Assembly: GCA_033853925.1 (NCBI GenBank)
Contig: JAWOLC010000001.1
Location: 4,658-68,657, forward strand
Direction of reading: 5' to 3'
Length of the DNA: 64,000 nucleotides
Source of the DNA: Candidatus Eiseniibacteriota bacterium
GTDB lineage: Bacteria > Eisenbacteria > RBG-16-71-46
The translations under genes and the position numbers were made by a program. Positions 19,028 to 28,839 of the stretch are shown piece after piece. Positions within the stretch are counted from its first letter, which is position 1. Each line of letters begins with the position of its first letter. The notes under the pieces were generated by a model. It worked only from the letters and a program-made list of their open reading frames with translations, had not been told where the DNA came from and did not search any database.

Positions 19028-20013
19028 GCACCGTGGCCGTGCTGGGAGCGGGTTCCTGGGGGACGACCCTGGCCATCCACCTGTGCCAAGCGGGAGCCGA
19101 GGTCAGGTTGTGGGGCAACGTGCTGGAAGACCTGGAGCAGATGCTGGCGATCCGCGAGAACCGGAAGTTTTTGCCTGGCATAAGGCTTCCCGATGGGGTT
19201 AAGGTTCTGCCCGAACTCGAGGGGGCGCTGGAGTCGGCCGACTTCACGTTCTACGTGGTGCCGTCCCAGGCCGTTCGCGAGGTGGCCCGGAAGGTGGCCG
19301 CCACCGGGCTCGGGAGTCAGGCCGTGTGTGCGGCCAAGGGCCTCGAGCTCGGCAGCCTCGCGCGCATGAGCCGGGTGCTGGAGGAGTGCCTCGGGGAAGC
19401 TCACGCCGTGATCCTCACGGGGCCCAGCCACGCGGAAGAGGTGAGTCGGGGAATCCCGACTTCGGTGGTGGCGGCCGCGGACGACGAGGAGCGGGCGCGC
19501 GCGGTGCAGGTGTTGTGCTCCACGCGAGCCTTCCGTGTCTACACGAACGACGACGTGGCGGGCTGCGAGTACGGGGCGGCCCTCAAGAACATCATCGCCA
19601 TCGCCGCCGGGGTGTGCGACGGCATTGGCTGGGGAGACAACACGAAGGGGGCGCTGCTCACGCGCGGGCTGGCCGAGATCTCGCGGCTGGGCATCGCCCT
19701 GGGAGGAAGACGCGAAACCTTCTTCGGGCTGACGGGGATGGGGGACCTGATCGCCACGGCCATGAGCCGCCACAGCCGCAACCGGTATCTCGGGGAAGGC
19801 ATCGGCCGCGGCCAGACGCTCGCCCAGACGCTCGAGAGCATGGTGATGGTGGCCGAGGGCGTGGCCACGGCGCAGGCCGCACGGGAGCTGGGCCGCGCGC
19901 ACGGGGTGGAGCTGCCCATCACGGAACAGGTGTGCGCGATGTTGTTCGAGAACCGCAGCCCGCGCGAGGCGCTGCAGGCGCTGATGTCGCGCGACCTGAG
20001 GAGCGAACAGTGA
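19024..20013 (+). CDS. gpsA: NAD(P)H-dependent glycerol-3-phosphate dehydrogenase
   Basis: GTG start at 19024 overlaps the plsY stop (GTGA). VAVLGAGSWGTTLAIHL...NDDVAGCEYGAALKNIIAIAAG fits GpsA. der-plsY-gpsA is a conserved linkage. Confidence 0.85.
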   Translation: MSTVAVLGAGSWGTTLAIHLCQAGAEVRLWGNVLEDLEQMLAIRENRKFLPGIRLPDGVKVLPELEGALESADFTFYVVPSQAVREVARKVAATGLGSQAVCAAKGLELGSLARMSRVLEECLGEAHAVILTGPSHAEEVSRGIPTSVVAAADDEERARAVQVLCSTRAFRVYTNDDVAGCEYGAALKNIIAIAAGVCDGIGWGDNTKGALLTRGLAEISRLGIALGGRRETFFGLTGMGDLIATAMSRHSRNRYLGEGIGRGQTLAQTLESMVMVAEGVATAQAARELGRAHGVELPITEQVCAMLFENRSPREALQALMSRDLRSEQ

Positions 20014-20072
20014 GGTCCGCTGCCGCGACGCGCCGCGGCGGCAGAGCGGCGGACCGGCGAGGGAGGAGGACC

Positions 20073-20462
20073 TTGACGCCCCTCAAGACGGAGACGGAGA
20101 CCGATTCCAAGCTGTACCGGCCCATCAGCGAAGTGGCCGAGGTCGTGGGGGTGAAGCCGCACGTGCTGCGCTACTGGGAGACGCAGTTCAGCATGCTGCG
20201 GCCCAAGAAGAACCGCGCCGGCAACCGCATGTACCGCCCGGACGAGGTGAAGCTCCTCTTCCAGATCAAGGAGTTGCTCTACGCGCGGCGCTTCACGATC
20301 GCCGGCGCCCGGCGGCACCTGCTCGATCAGCGCAAGGATCCGGCTCCGCAGCAGGTGGAGCTGGTCTTCGGCGAGGCCGAGAAGAAGCTCGCCCTGCACG
20401 AGGTGAAAGCGGAGCTCAAGCAGATTCTCGGCCGCCTGCGCGGCCGGGACGCGCGAGTCTAG
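20073..20462 (+). CDS. MerR-family HTH transcriptional regulator
   Basis: TTG at 20073 follows the RBS GGGAGGAGGA. LYRPISEVAEVVGVKPHVLRYWETQFSMLRPKKNRAGNRMYRPDEVKLLFQIKELL is a MerR-type HTH. Confidence 0.6.
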   Translation: MTPLKTETETDSKLYRPISEVAEVVGVKPHVLRYWETQFSMLRPKKNRAGNRMYRPDEVKLLFQIKELLYARRFTIAGARRHLLDQRKDPAPQQVELVFGEAEKKLALHEVKAELKQILGRLRGRDARV

Positions 20463-20686
20463 TGCCCCGTCCCGGGGGTAGGTCGACCTGGGTCGGAGGC
20501 CCGCAGCGGCCCGGACGAGGCACGCCGACGACGCAACCGGCTCTGGTTGCGAAGGAGGCGCAAGGCCGCCAGGGCCGCGAGGTCCCCGAGATCTGGCGAG
20601 TTACTCCCGGGACAGGACACGAGCTCGAACTTGCGGAGGCGGCCGGGCTCGAATAGATTCGACGGGACGAAGGAAGCCCCTGAGGT

Positions 20687-20763
20687 CGGGGCGTAGCGCA
20701 GCCTGGTAGCGCACCTGCATGGGGGGCAGGTGGTCGCTGGTTCAAATCCAGTCGCCCCGACCA
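20687..20763 (+). tRNA. tRNA-Pro (anticodon GGG)
   Basis: Hand-folded. Acceptor CGGGGCG/CGCCCCG, anticodon stem CCTGC/GCAGG with loop ATGGGGG, T loop TTCAAAT, encoded CCA. Confidence 0.8.
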
Positions 20764-20899
20764 CTCCTTCCGCCGAGAAGGGCCCATCTGCGGCGTCGTC
20801 CCCGCGGCTCCGTGCCCCGTTCCGGTCCGCCGGCGAGCGGCTTCCGCTCCGTCCTCTTCGCTTGCATCTTCGCCCCGGCCGCCCCAAAGTGCCGTCGGT

Positions 20900-21715
20900 A
20901 TGCTCTCCGGTCTTCTCTACGTGCTCGCCGACGCGCTCGCGCGGCTCCTGCCCGCCAGGGTGGCCGACTCGCTGGCGGTGGCGCTGGCGCGCGTCGCCTT
21001 CGCGGTGCGCGTGCCGGCCCGGGTGCGGCTCGAGGAGAACCTGGCTCGCCTCATGGAGGTGGGGCCGGATCGTCGCGTGCGGGACAAGGCCCGGGAAGCC
21101 TTCGGCAACTTCGCCCTGACGTTCGTGGACGTGCTGAGACTCGGACACCTGTCGCCCGCACGGCTGGCGGCGTCCCTCGAGGTGCACGGCGCGGAGCACC
21201 TCCAGGCCGCCCGTGCCTCGGGCCGGGGGGTGATCCTGCTCTCGGCGCACCTCGGCAATTGGGAGCTGGGGGCGGCGTGGCTCGCGGCGGGCGGAGCCCC
21301 GTTGCACCTCGTGGCCCGGCCCCACCCGAGCCCCTGGGTCGAGCGCCTCTACGCCCGGCGCCGCGGCGCCTGGGGCGTGCGCGTGGTGCCCGATCGCCCG
21401 CTGTGGCGCGCGGCCGCGTGCGCCCTGCGGCGCCGCGAGTGGGTCGCGCTGATGGCCGACCGGGCTCCGCGCCGGCCGGGCAGGCGTACGTCGGCGTGCG
21501 CCTGGGCGGCCGCTCTCTCGCGACGCACGGGCGCTCTGGTGCTGCCGGCGGTCATCGTGCGTCTGCCCGACCGGCGCTACGCCGCCTACTTCGAGACGCC
21601 GCTCGAGCCCGCGGCCGTGCGCGCCGACGGCTTCGTCGAGTGGGTGCGGCGACACCTGCGGCAGCATGCCGGGCAGTGGTTCGCCTTCGAGCCCTTGCCC
21701 GAGGGGCTGGCCTGA
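20900..21715 (+). CDS. Lipid A biosynthesis (lauroyl/myristoyl) acyltransferase family protein (LpxL/HtrB-like)
   Basis: 271 aa. Contains SAHLGNWELGAAWLA, which is the H(X4)E-like motif region of the LpxL/lysophospholipid acyltransferase family. Confidence 0.6.
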   Translation: MLSGLLYVLADALARLLPARVADSLAVALARVAFAVRVPARVRLEENLARLMEVGPDRRVRDKAREAFGNFALTFVDVLRLGHLSPARLAASLEVHGAEHLQAARASGRGVILLSAHLGNWELGAAWLAAGGAPLHLVARPHPSPWVERLYARRRGAWGVRVVPDRPLWRAAACALRRREWVALMADRAPRRPGRRTSACAWAAALSRRTGALVLPAVIVRLPDRRYAAYFETPLEPAAVRADGFVEWVRRHLRQHAGQWFAFEPLPEGLA

Positions 21716-22476
21716 TGCGCGTGGCCGCCCTGGTTCCGGCTTATCAGGCGGCCCATTGCCTGGGCGAGGTGCTCCTGCGGCTGCAGGCGCTCGCCGCGCC
21801 TCCCGAGGTGCTGGTGGTGGACGACGGCTCGCGCGACGCGACGGCCCTGGTCGCGCGGCAGTTCGGGGCGCGGGTGCTCTCCTTCGCGGGCAATCGCGGC
21901 AAGGGGCACGCCCTCCTCGCGGGCTTTGCCGCGCTGCGCGGCGAGTTCGACGCGATCGTGACGCTGGACGCCGACGGACAGCATCCCCCCGAGTGCCTGC
22001 CCGACTTCGTCCGCGTCGCCGAGGCCGGCGCCGACCTGGTGCTGGGCAGACGCGCCCGCACGCCGGACATGCCCTTCTCGCGCCGCTTCGCCAACGGCTT
22101 CTCCTCGGGATGGACGTCCTGGCTCGCGGGCCAGCGCGTGTCCGACAGCCAGTGCGGCTACCGGCTGCACACGCGCCCCGTGCTGGAGCGCACCCCCCTC
22201 ACGCCGGGGCGCTACGAGGTGGAGACCGAGGTGGTGGTGCGCGCCGCCCGGCTCGGCTTCCGCCTGGCGGAGGTCGAGATTCCCACGGTCTACGGGGAGC
22301 AGCGGAGCCAGATCCGCACGCTGCGGGACGTGCCCCGCATCGTCGGCGCGCTCCTGCGGCTCACCCGCGAAGGAGTGGCGCCGCCCGCGGCCATGCGCGC
22401 GGCCCGGCGCAACGGCGGGCCGATGCACCCTGGGGGAGCCGCGGAAGCCGGGCGAGGACCGGCGGACGGACCATGA
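21715..22476 (+). CDS. Family 2 glycosyltransferase
   Basis: ATG at 21715 overlaps the upstream stop by 1 nt. Contains VVDDGSRDAT...TLDADGQHPPE (DxD), typical of GT2. The stop overlaps the surE start. Confidence 0.7.
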   Translation: MRVAALVPAYQAAHCLGEVLLRLQALAAPPEVLVVDDGSRDATALVARQFGARVLSFAGNRGKGHALLAGFAALRGEFDAIVTLDADGQHPPECLPDFVRVAEAGADLVLGRRARTPDMPFSRRFANGFSSGWTSWLAGQRVSDSQCGYRLHTRPVLERTPLTPGRYEVETEVVVRAARLGFRLAEVEIPTVYGEQRSQIRTLRDVPRIVGALLRLTREGVAPPAAMRAARRNGGPMHPGGAAEAGRGPADGP

Positions 22477-23219
22477 ACATCCTGATCACCAACGACGACG
22501 GCATCCAGGCCGCCGCGCTTCGCCCGCTGAAGGAGGCGCTCCAGCCTCTCGGCCGGGTGATCATCGTGGCTCCCGACCGGGACCAGAGCGCCACCTCGCA
22601 CGCCCTCACCCTGCACCGCCCGTTCCGCATCCAGCAGCACGAGCCTGACGTGTACAGCGTGGAGGGCACGCCCACCGATTGCGTCGTCACCTCGTTCTAC
22701 GGCCTCATCGACGGGCGCCCCGATCTGGTGATCTCGGGCATCAACCTCGGGCCCAACATGGGCGAGGACGTCTTCTACTCCGGCACCGTGGCCGCGGCAC
22801 TCGAAGGCTCGCTGCAGGGCACGCCGGCGATCGCCGCCTCGCTCGTCACCAAGGAGCCGGGGGACTTCGAGCAGCCGTCTCGCTTCATCGCCCGCCTCGT
22901 GAGCCGCCTGCTGGCGCGCGGGCTGCCCCGCCGCCATCTGCTGAACGTCAACATCCCGGGGCGGCCGTGGTCGGAGATCCGGGGCGTGCGGGTCACGCGC
23001 CTGGGCACCCGCGTCTACCACGACACGCTGGTGAAGAAGGTGGATCCGCGCGGCCGGGACTACTACTGGATCGGCGGTGAGGAGCCCAAGTGGGAGGCCA
23101 TCGCGGGCACGGACTTCCAGGCCGTGCACGAGGGCTGGATCTCGGTCACGCCGATGCGGCTGGACCTCACGGCCGACCAGGTCCTCGCGGAGCTGGAGAC
23201 ATGGGGTCTGGAGAAGTAG
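22473..23219 (+). CDS. surE: 5'/3'-nucleotidase SurE
   Basis: MNILITNDDGIQAAALRPLKEAL...GINLGPNMGEDVFYSGTVAAALEG is the SurE signature. Confidence 0.9.
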   Translation: MNILITNDDGIQAAALRPLKEALQPLGRVIIVAPDRDQSATSHALTLHRPFRIQQHEPDVYSVEGTPTDCVVTSFYGLIDGRPDLVISGINLGPNMGEDVFYSGTVAAALEGSLQGTPAIAASLVTKEPGDFEQPSRFIARLVSRLLARGLPRRHLLNVNIPGRPWSEIRGVRVTRLGTRVYHDTLVKKVDPRGRDYYWIGGEEPKWEAIAGTDFQAVHEGWISVTPMRLDLTADQVLAELETWGLEK

Positions 23220-23911
23220 AGCCGGACCCCACGGCGGCCGGGACCGACGCTTGGGCCTCCGAGCGGGCGCGCATGGTCGAGGAGCAGATCCGGGCGCGGG
23301 GCGTGCGCGATCCCCGGGTCCTGGCGGTCATGCGGGAGCTGCCCCGGCACCTCTTCCTCTCCGAGGAGCTGTGGCCCGAGGCGTACGGCGACTGGGCGCT
23401 ACCCACGGCTTGCGGCCAGACGATCTCCCAGCCCTACATCGTGGCCCGCATGCTCGAGCTGGCCGAGCTGGACCCCGGACACCGAGTGCTCGAGGTCGGA
23501 ACGGGGAGCGGCTACGAGACCGCGCTGCTGGCCCGACTGGTGCGCGAGGTCTACAGCATCGAGCGCGTCTCCGAGCTGCTGGAGGCTTCCCGGGCACGAC
23601 TGGCCGCGCTCGGGCTCGAGAACGTGCGCCTCCGCCAAGGCGACGGGACCCTCGGGTGGCAGGAGGCAGCACCGTATGATAGGGTGCTCGTCTCTGCGGC
23701 GGCACCCCGTGTACCCGAGGCCCTCAAAGAACAACTCGGAGAGCGGGGTGTTCTCGTGATTCCCGTGGGCGGGACCACCACGCAGCGCCTCGAGGTCTGG
23801 CGCCGGTCCCCGACCGGGGAATGGGAGTGGCGGCGCCATGGCGAGTGCCGCTTCGTCCCCTTGCTCGGACGTGACGCCTGGCGGGAGGAGCGAGGCCCAT
23901 CGCGAGACTGA
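23201..23911 (+). CDS. pcm: Protein-L-isoaspartate O-methyltransferase
   Basis: ATG at 23201 inside track ORF 23090..23911. Contains QTISQPYIVARMLELAELDPGHRVLEVGTGSGYETALLA, the PCMT signature. surE-pcm is a conserved pair. Confidence 0.85.
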   Translation: MGSGEVEPDPTAAGTDAWASERARMVEEQIRARGVRDPRVLAVMRELPRHLFLSEELWPEAYGDWALPTACGQTISQPYIVARMLELAELDPGHRVLEVGTGSGYETALLARLVREVYSIERVSELLEASRARLAALGLENVRLRQGDGTLGWQEAAPYDRVLVSAAAPRVPEALKEQLGERGVLVIPVGGTTTQRLEVWRRSPTGEWEWRRHGECRFVPLLGRDAWREERGPSRD

Positions 23912-23919
23912 TCACTTGT

Positions 23920-23996
<77 letters not shown>

Positions 23997-24146
23997 TTCT
24001 TTGGTCGGCCAACGGTCCATCCGCAGCGTCGGCTCTTCGCTCCTCGCCGCGCCGCGGCTCGTCCGGCGCGGCGCGCTCGCCCCATCCCGTCCGCCGCTCG
24101 ATCACCTGCTCGACGGCGGCCGGCGCGGCAGGGGCTGCTGACCCGC

Positions 24147-24419
24147 ATGCATCGCCTCTCCCTCGTCGTCACTGGGCTCGTGCAGGGCGTGGGCTTCCGC
24201 TGGTACGTTCTGCGCGTAGCCCAGGACCTCGGCCTCGCGGGGGAGGTCCGGAACCGCTCGGACGGAGCGGTGGCGATCGATGCCGAAGGAGAGCGTGAGG
24301 CGCTCGAGCGGTTGCTCGAGGCGGCCCGCGAGGGTCCGGTGACGGCGATCGTCGACCGCGTTGACGTGCGCTGGAGCGAAGGGCCCCGGCAGCACCGCGA
24401 CTTCCACATCGGCCGTTGA
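24147..24419 (+). CDS. acyP: Acylphosphatase
   Basis: 90 aa. The N-terminal VTGLVQGVGFRWYV, followed by EVRNRSDGAVAI, is the acylphosphatase signature. Confidence 0.8.
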   Translation: MHRLSLVVTGLVQGVGFRWYVLRVAQDLGLAGEVRNRSDGAVAIDAEGEREALERLLEAAREGPVTAIVDRVDVRWSEGPRQHRDFHIGR

Positions 24420-24434
24420 ACCCGAAGGCAGCGG

Positions 24435-25502
24435 ATGCCCGATCTCGTCCGATTCCATGACCGGCTCGCCGAGACGTTCGCCCGCGCCCGTCGCCGTGGC
24501 GGCGTGGCCGAGGACGAATACGAGGCGCTGCTCATCGACCCGGACTTCGACGACGCGGAGTTCGAGCGCTTCCGCGCCGAGGCGCTCGAAGCGGGGCTGG
24601 CGCTGCCCGAGGGCGAGATCGACGCGGCGGCTGCCGAGCCCGAGCCAAAGACCCCCGCGGGGCTCGCCGACCGCGACCTCATCGACGTCTACCTGCGCGA
24701 GATCGGACGCATCCCCATGCTGCCGCACGCCGAGCTGCTGGAGCGGGCCCGCGCGGCGCGTACCGGCGACGCGGCGGCGCGCAAGCAGATCATCGTCGCG
24801 AACCTGAGGCTCGTCGTGCACCTGGCCCGCGGTTACCACGGTCGCGGGCTGCCCCTGCTCGACCTGATCGAGGAGGGCAATCTCGGCCTGATTCACGCCG
24901 TGGACCGCTTCGAGCCCGAGCGCGGGCTGCGCTTCTCCACCTACGCGGCGATCTGGATCCGCCAGGCGATCCTGCGCGGCATCGCCGAGCAGGCGCGCTC
25001 GGTGCGCATCCCGGTGCAGATGTTCCAGCAGGTGAACCGCTACGTCCGCGTCGAGCGGGCGCTGCGCGCGCACCTGGGGCGGCCCCCGCTGGCGGAGGAG
25101 ATCGCCCGCGAGATGCAGATCTCCGTCGGCCGCGCGGAGAGGCTGGGCAGCCTGCTCTCCAGCCTGCGCTCCCTCGACGAGGGCACCAGCGTCGAGGCCT
25201 TCGAGCAGCTGTCCACCGAGGACCTGGCCGAATCCCCGCCCTCGGTCGAGCGCCTCATCGAGCTTCAGCTCGAGCACGAGAAGGTGGACCGGCTGCTGCG
25301 CTCCCTCAGCCAGCGCGAGGAGCAGATCGTGCGCATCCGCTACGGCTTCTACGACGGCGTGGCCCGCACCCTCGCGCAGACCGGGGGGCTGTTCGGCATC
25401 TCGCGCGAGCGCGTGCGGCAGATCGAGGCTCGGGCGCTGCAGAAGCTGCGCCGGGCGATCGAGCTTCAGGATTCGGACCGCGCGGGCGAGGAAGCCCGCT
25501 GA
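24435..25502 (+). CDS. RNA polymerase sigma factor, sigma-70 family (RpoD/RpoS-like group with regions 1.2-4)
   Basis: [22 protein letters not shown] (region 1.2), [15 protein letters not shown]...[37 protein letters not shown] (region 2), and a C-terminal region 4 [28 protein letters not shown]. Confidence 0.8.
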   Translation: MPDLVRFHDRLAETFARARRRGGVAEDEYEALLIDPDFDDAEFERFRAEALEAGLALPEGEIDAAAAEPEPKTPAGLADRDLIDVYLREIGRIPMLPHAELLERARAARTGDAAARKQIIVANLRLVVHLARGYHGRGLPLLDLIEEGNLGLIHAVDRFEPERGLRFSTYAAIWIRQAILRGIAEQARSVRIPVQMFQQVNRYVRVERALRAHLGRPPLAEEIAREMQISVGRAERLGSLLSSLRSLDEGTSVEAFEQLSTEDLAESPPSVERLIELQLEHEKVDRLLRSLSQREEQIVRIRYGFYDGVARTLAQTGGLFGISRERVRQIEARALQKLRRAIELQDSDRAGEEAR

Positions 25503-25555
25503 GACCGCCACGGCCCGGTGCGCTGCGGCCCGGGTCCGGCCAGGGAGAACCAGCA

Positions 25556-26077
25556 ATGACCGACCTCAGGCGCTACATCCGAGACGTGCCCGACTTCCCG
25601 CGCAAGGGCATCGTCTTCAAGGACATCACGCCGCTCCTGGCCGATCCCCAGGCTCTCGGCACCGCTCTCGACCTCATGGGGCAGCGCTTCGCCAGGCCCG
25701 AAGCCGTGATCGCGGTCGAGTCGCGGGGCTTCGTCTTCGGCGCGGGCCTGGCCCTGCGCTGGCAGGTGCCCCTGGTCCTGGCGCGCAAGTTCGGCAAGCT
25801 GCCGGGGAAGACGAGGCGCGAGGTCTACTCGCTGGAGTACGGCGAGGACACGCTCGAGATGCACGCCGACGCGCTCGCGCCGGGCCAACGAGTGGTGGTG
25901 GTGGACGATCTGCTGGCCACGGGAGGGACGGCTCTCGCGGCCGCCCGGCTGGCGGAGCAGCTCGAGGCGAAGGTTGCGGGGATGGTCTTCGTGGTCGAGC
26001 TGGTCGGGCTCGGAGGACGGGCGCGGCTGGCGGGGTATCCGGTCGAGACGCTGCTTCAGTACGAGGTGCACGAGTAG
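25556..26077 (+). CDS. apt: Adenine phosphoribosyltransferase
   Basis: IRDVPDFPRKGIVFKDITPLL...VVVVDDLLATGGTA is the PRTase motif. Confidence 0.9.
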   Translation: MTDLRRYIRDVPDFPRKGIVFKDITPLLADPQALGTALDLMGQRFARPEAVIAVESRGFVFGAGLALRWQVPLVLARKFGKLPGKTRREVYSLEYGEDTLEMHADALAPGQRVVVVDDLLATGGTALAAARLAEQLEAKVAGMVFVVELVGLGGRARLAGYPVETLLQYEVHE

Positions 26078-26187
26078 GGGAGAGCGCCGCCCTGCGCCGG
26101 GCGCCAACAAAGGCGATGGGCGCCGCGGACCCGGGCTGGCCCGGCGACGCCCATGACGCGTGAAGTAGTCTCCCCGAGACGATCGAC

Positions 26188-26388
26188 CTACAGCTTGCGG
26201 ACGTTGGCCGCCTGCAGCCCCTTGGGGCCCCGGTTCACGTCGAACTCCACCGCCTCACCCTCGGCGAGGGTCTTGAAACCTTCCCCCTGGATGGCCGAGA
26301 AGTGCACGAACACGTCCTCGCCGCCTTCCTGAGAGATGAACCCAAAGCCCTTCGCCTCGTTGAACCACTTCACAGTACCACGAGCCAC
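26188..26388 (-). CDS. Cold-shock protein (CspA family)
   Basis: GTG start at 26386-26388 follows the RBS AAGGAG. The 66-aa product is [65 protein letters not shown], with the RNP1/RNP2 motifs. The track ORF 26188..26592 is its upstream extension. Confidence 0.9.
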   Translation of the reverse strand: MARGTVKWFNEAKGFGFISQEGGEDVFVHFSAIQGEGFKTLAEGEAVEFDVNRGPKGLQAANVRKL

Positions 26389-26700
26389 TTGCAGCTCCTT
26401 GCTTCCGGGGCCGAAGACCCCAACTCGCCGTCCAGACGCGACGGCAGCGTCCGGCCACTCTGGCCGGATTCGGTGCCTGGCACGAAGACGCAAATGCCGC
26501 CAGGTAGACCCTGGCGGCACCGAACGCGCGTTCGTACATCCATGGGCAACCGAAGCAGGCTCTAGTATCCCCGAATGACCCGAAGATGTCAAGTCGAACC
26601 TCTCAGTCGGGGCACGCCGCGCCGGCCCCGCGCCCGGCGGAGGCGAGCGGTCGCACCCCGATTGCCGGTATCATCAATGCTCGCCGCTCGGTGGGCGAAA
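26389..26700 (-). promoter_or_regulatory. Divergent intergenic region: a long csp 5' leader (a candidate cold-shock 5'-UTR regulatory RNA) plus promoters for csp and the S8 protease
   Basis: About 315 bp lie between the csp start and the first plausible protease ATG. Cold-shock genes characteristically carry long structured leaders; only the location is visible here. Confidence 0.35.
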
Positions 26701-26703
26701 GCC

Positions 26704-28839
26704 ATGGAGCGGCAGGCCCCGATGTCCTCCACCCTGGCGCGGCCACGGCCGCCCGTGTCCACACCACTGCTCATGCCGATTGCCCACCGTCGCGAGCCGC
26801 CTTTCCCGTCCGCGAGATCGTTGCCAGGCTCGGGAACGGGGCTCGCCGCCGCCCGAGGCGCCCGGACAGGCGCGCGGCGCCTCGGCCGAATCGGGCCGCT
26901 CGCTGCAGCGGCGCTCGTGCCGCTCGTTCTTCTGGGCTCCGCGCCGACTCGCGCCGCCATCCTCGACCTGGCCGTGCGCGACGCGATCGCCGGGAGCGCC
27001 GACGGCAGCGCCTACGTGGTCGTCCTCCTCACCCCGGTCACCGGCGAGCCTCGGGTCCGCCGGAGCGCGGTCGCCGCTGCCGAGTCACGGGTCCTCGCCG
27101 GCCTGGCCGAGACCGACTTCGTGCCCGCGTACCGCTACCAGTCCTTCGCCGCCCTCAGCGGCCGGGTCAGCGCGGCCGGCCTGGCCCGGCTCGCCGCGCA
27201 TCCCGACGTCGCGGCCATCGGTCTCGATGTCCGGGGCGGCGCCGACCTGGTGTCGAGCGTGCCCTTCATCGGCGCCGCCGCGGTGCAGAGCCTCGGTATC
27301 CGCGCCGACAGCATCACGGTGGCCGTCCTCGATTCCGGCATTGACACGGATCACCCGGACCTCGCGGACCACGTCGCGGCAGGCGCGTACCACTTCCTCG
27401 GCCAGGGGGCGGACTCGGGTCCAGGGGCCGAGGACGGGAACGGTCATGGCACGAACGTGGCGGGCATCATCACCTCGCGCGGGCTGGCGACCTACCCGGG
27501 AGTCGCCCCCGGCGCCGCGATCCTGGCGGTGCGCGTCCTGGACGCCAGCGGCTCCGGCTGGCTCTCCGACTGGGCGGCAGGCGTCGACTACGTCGTGACC
27601 CACGCCGGCGACCATCCCCACCTCTGCGTGCTGAACATGAGCCTCGGCTCGTACGTCCTCTACGACCAGTGTCCGTGCGACGGAGCCTCGGCGGCGACCC
27701 TGCTGCTCCAGGCCGCGCTCGCGAGCGCCCGGGCGGCGGGGATCACCACCTTCTGCTCGAGCGGCAACAACGGCTCGGCCACGAGCATGACGGCGCCCGC
27801 CTGCCTCTCCGCGGCCACGGCCGTGGCTGCCGTCTACGAGGCGGATCTCGGGCGCCAGCCGGTCACCGGGACTTACGCGCAGGCGTTCGGCACGTCGTTC
27901 GCGAGCTGCGCCGACGCCGAGACGGACCCGGACGAGATCACCTGCTTCTCGAACCGGAGCCCGTGCAACCGGCTCGCCGCCCCCGGCCGCTCGATCGCCG
28001 CACCGGGCCTCGGCGGAGGCACGAGCGTCTATACCGGCACGTCGCAGGCTTCGCCGCACTGCGCGGGGACAGCCGCCCTGGTCGCCCAGGCTCGCCTGGA
28101 CGCCGGGCTCCCCATGCTGAGCCCCGAGCAGATGATCGATCTCCTCTCCGCCACGGGCCTGCCGACTCTCGACCCGCAGGGCACCTCGCCCAATCCCCGG
28201 CGCGTGGACGCGCTGGCCGCCGTGGACGAGGCCGTCCCTCCCGTGGTCGCCCTGGCGAGCCCGCGGGGCGGCGAGTCGCTCGCGATCGGCGACACGATCC
28301 AGATCCGCTGGCGGGCCCGCGATGTGATCGGCGTCACGGGCGTGAGCGTGCAGATCTCGCGTGGAGCGGGCGGGTCCCCGGAGGTCATCGGCGAGGAGTC
28401 GCCCGGCGCCGATTCCCTGGACTGGGTGGTGACCGGACCGTCCACCTCGCGCGCCCGAGTGCGGGTCGAGGCCCGCGACGCCGCGGGCAACATCGGCGCG
28501 GACTCGAGCGCCGGCGACTTCGAGATCCGCGCCAGCGGCGCCGCCGTTCCGGATTGGCCGGCAGGCCAGTTCGGCCTGCTCGGGCTGGCCCCCAATCCGG
28601 TGCAGGACCGTGTCTGGCTCGACTTCGCCCTGCCCTTCGCGGCTCAGGCGCGCATCGAGGTGCTGGACATCCAGGGCCGCCGCGTCGGCCGGCTGGCCGA
28701 CGGCCGCTTCGAGGCCGGGCGTCATCGGCTCGAGTGGCGAACGGCAGGCCCCGCGGGGGAGGTCTCCCCGGGCCTCTACTTCGTGCGCCTGGAGTGCGCC
28801 GGCAGGCGCTGGACGAAGAGGCTGGCCGTCACGCGTTGA
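26704..28839 (+). CDS. Secreted subtilisin-family (S8) serine peptidase with Ig-like domain and C-terminal FlgD-Ig/T9SS-type sorting domain. The start is uncertain (ATG 26704 or 26773).
   Basis: Catalytic triad motifs VAVLDSGID (Asp), NGHGTNVAGII (His) and GTSQASPHCAG (Ser). Signal/anchor stretch IGPLAAAALVPLVLLGSAPTRAA. The C-terminal 85 aa (NPVQDRVWLDF...VLDIQGRRVGRL...GRHRLEW...PGLYFVRL) is homologous to the C-terminus of the 57535..61533 protein. Confidence 0.75.
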   Translation: MERQAPMSSTLARPRPPVSTPLLMPIAHRREPPFPSARSLPGSGTGLAAARGARTGARRLGRIGPLAAAALVPLVLLGSAPTRAAILDLAVRDAIAGSADGSAYVVVLLTPVTGEPRVRRSAVAAAESRVLAGLAETDFVPAYRYQSFAALSGRVSAAGLARLAAHPDVAAIGLDVRGGADLVSSVPFIGAAAVQSLGIRADSITVAVLDSGIDTDHPDLADHVAAGAYHFLGQGADSGPGAEDGNGHGTNVAGIITSRGLATYPGVAPGAAILAVRVLDASGSGWLSDWAAGVDYVVTHAGDHPHLCVLNMSLGSYVLYDQCPCDGASAATLLLQAALASARAAGITTFCSSGNNGSATSMTAPACLSAATAVAAVYEADLGRQPVTGTYAQAFGTSFASCADAETDPDEITCFSNRSPCNRLAAPGRSIAAPGLGGGTSVYTGTSQASPHCAGTAALVAQARLDAGLPMLSPEQMIDLLSATGLPTLDPQGTSPNPRRVDALAAVDEAVPPVVALASPRGGESLAIGDTIQIRWRARDVIGVTGVSVQISRGAGGSPEVIGEESPGADSLDWVVTGPSTSRARVRVEARDAAGNIGADSSAGDFEIRASGAAVPDWPAGQFGLLGLAPNPVQDRVWLDFALPFAAQARIEVLDIQGRRVGRLADGRFEAGRHRLEWRTAGPAGEVSPGLYFVRLECAGRRWTKRLAVTR

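Noticed and set aside
26110-26150. GC-rich dyad (CCGGG-ctgg-CCCGG) between the convergent apt and csp genes, as a bidirectional rho-independent terminator
   Set aside because: The stem is short (5 bp) and no U/A-rich tract follows on either strand. In 70% GC DNA such palindromes are frequent by chance. It is left as unconfirmed.
26302-26592. Small track ORFs (26302..26565 +, 26336..26578 +, and the 134-aa extension of csp to 26592)
   Set aside because: They overlap the csp leader and have no RBS or homology. The Csp family is about 66-70 aa, and the GTG at 26388 with an AAGGAG RBS defines the real start.
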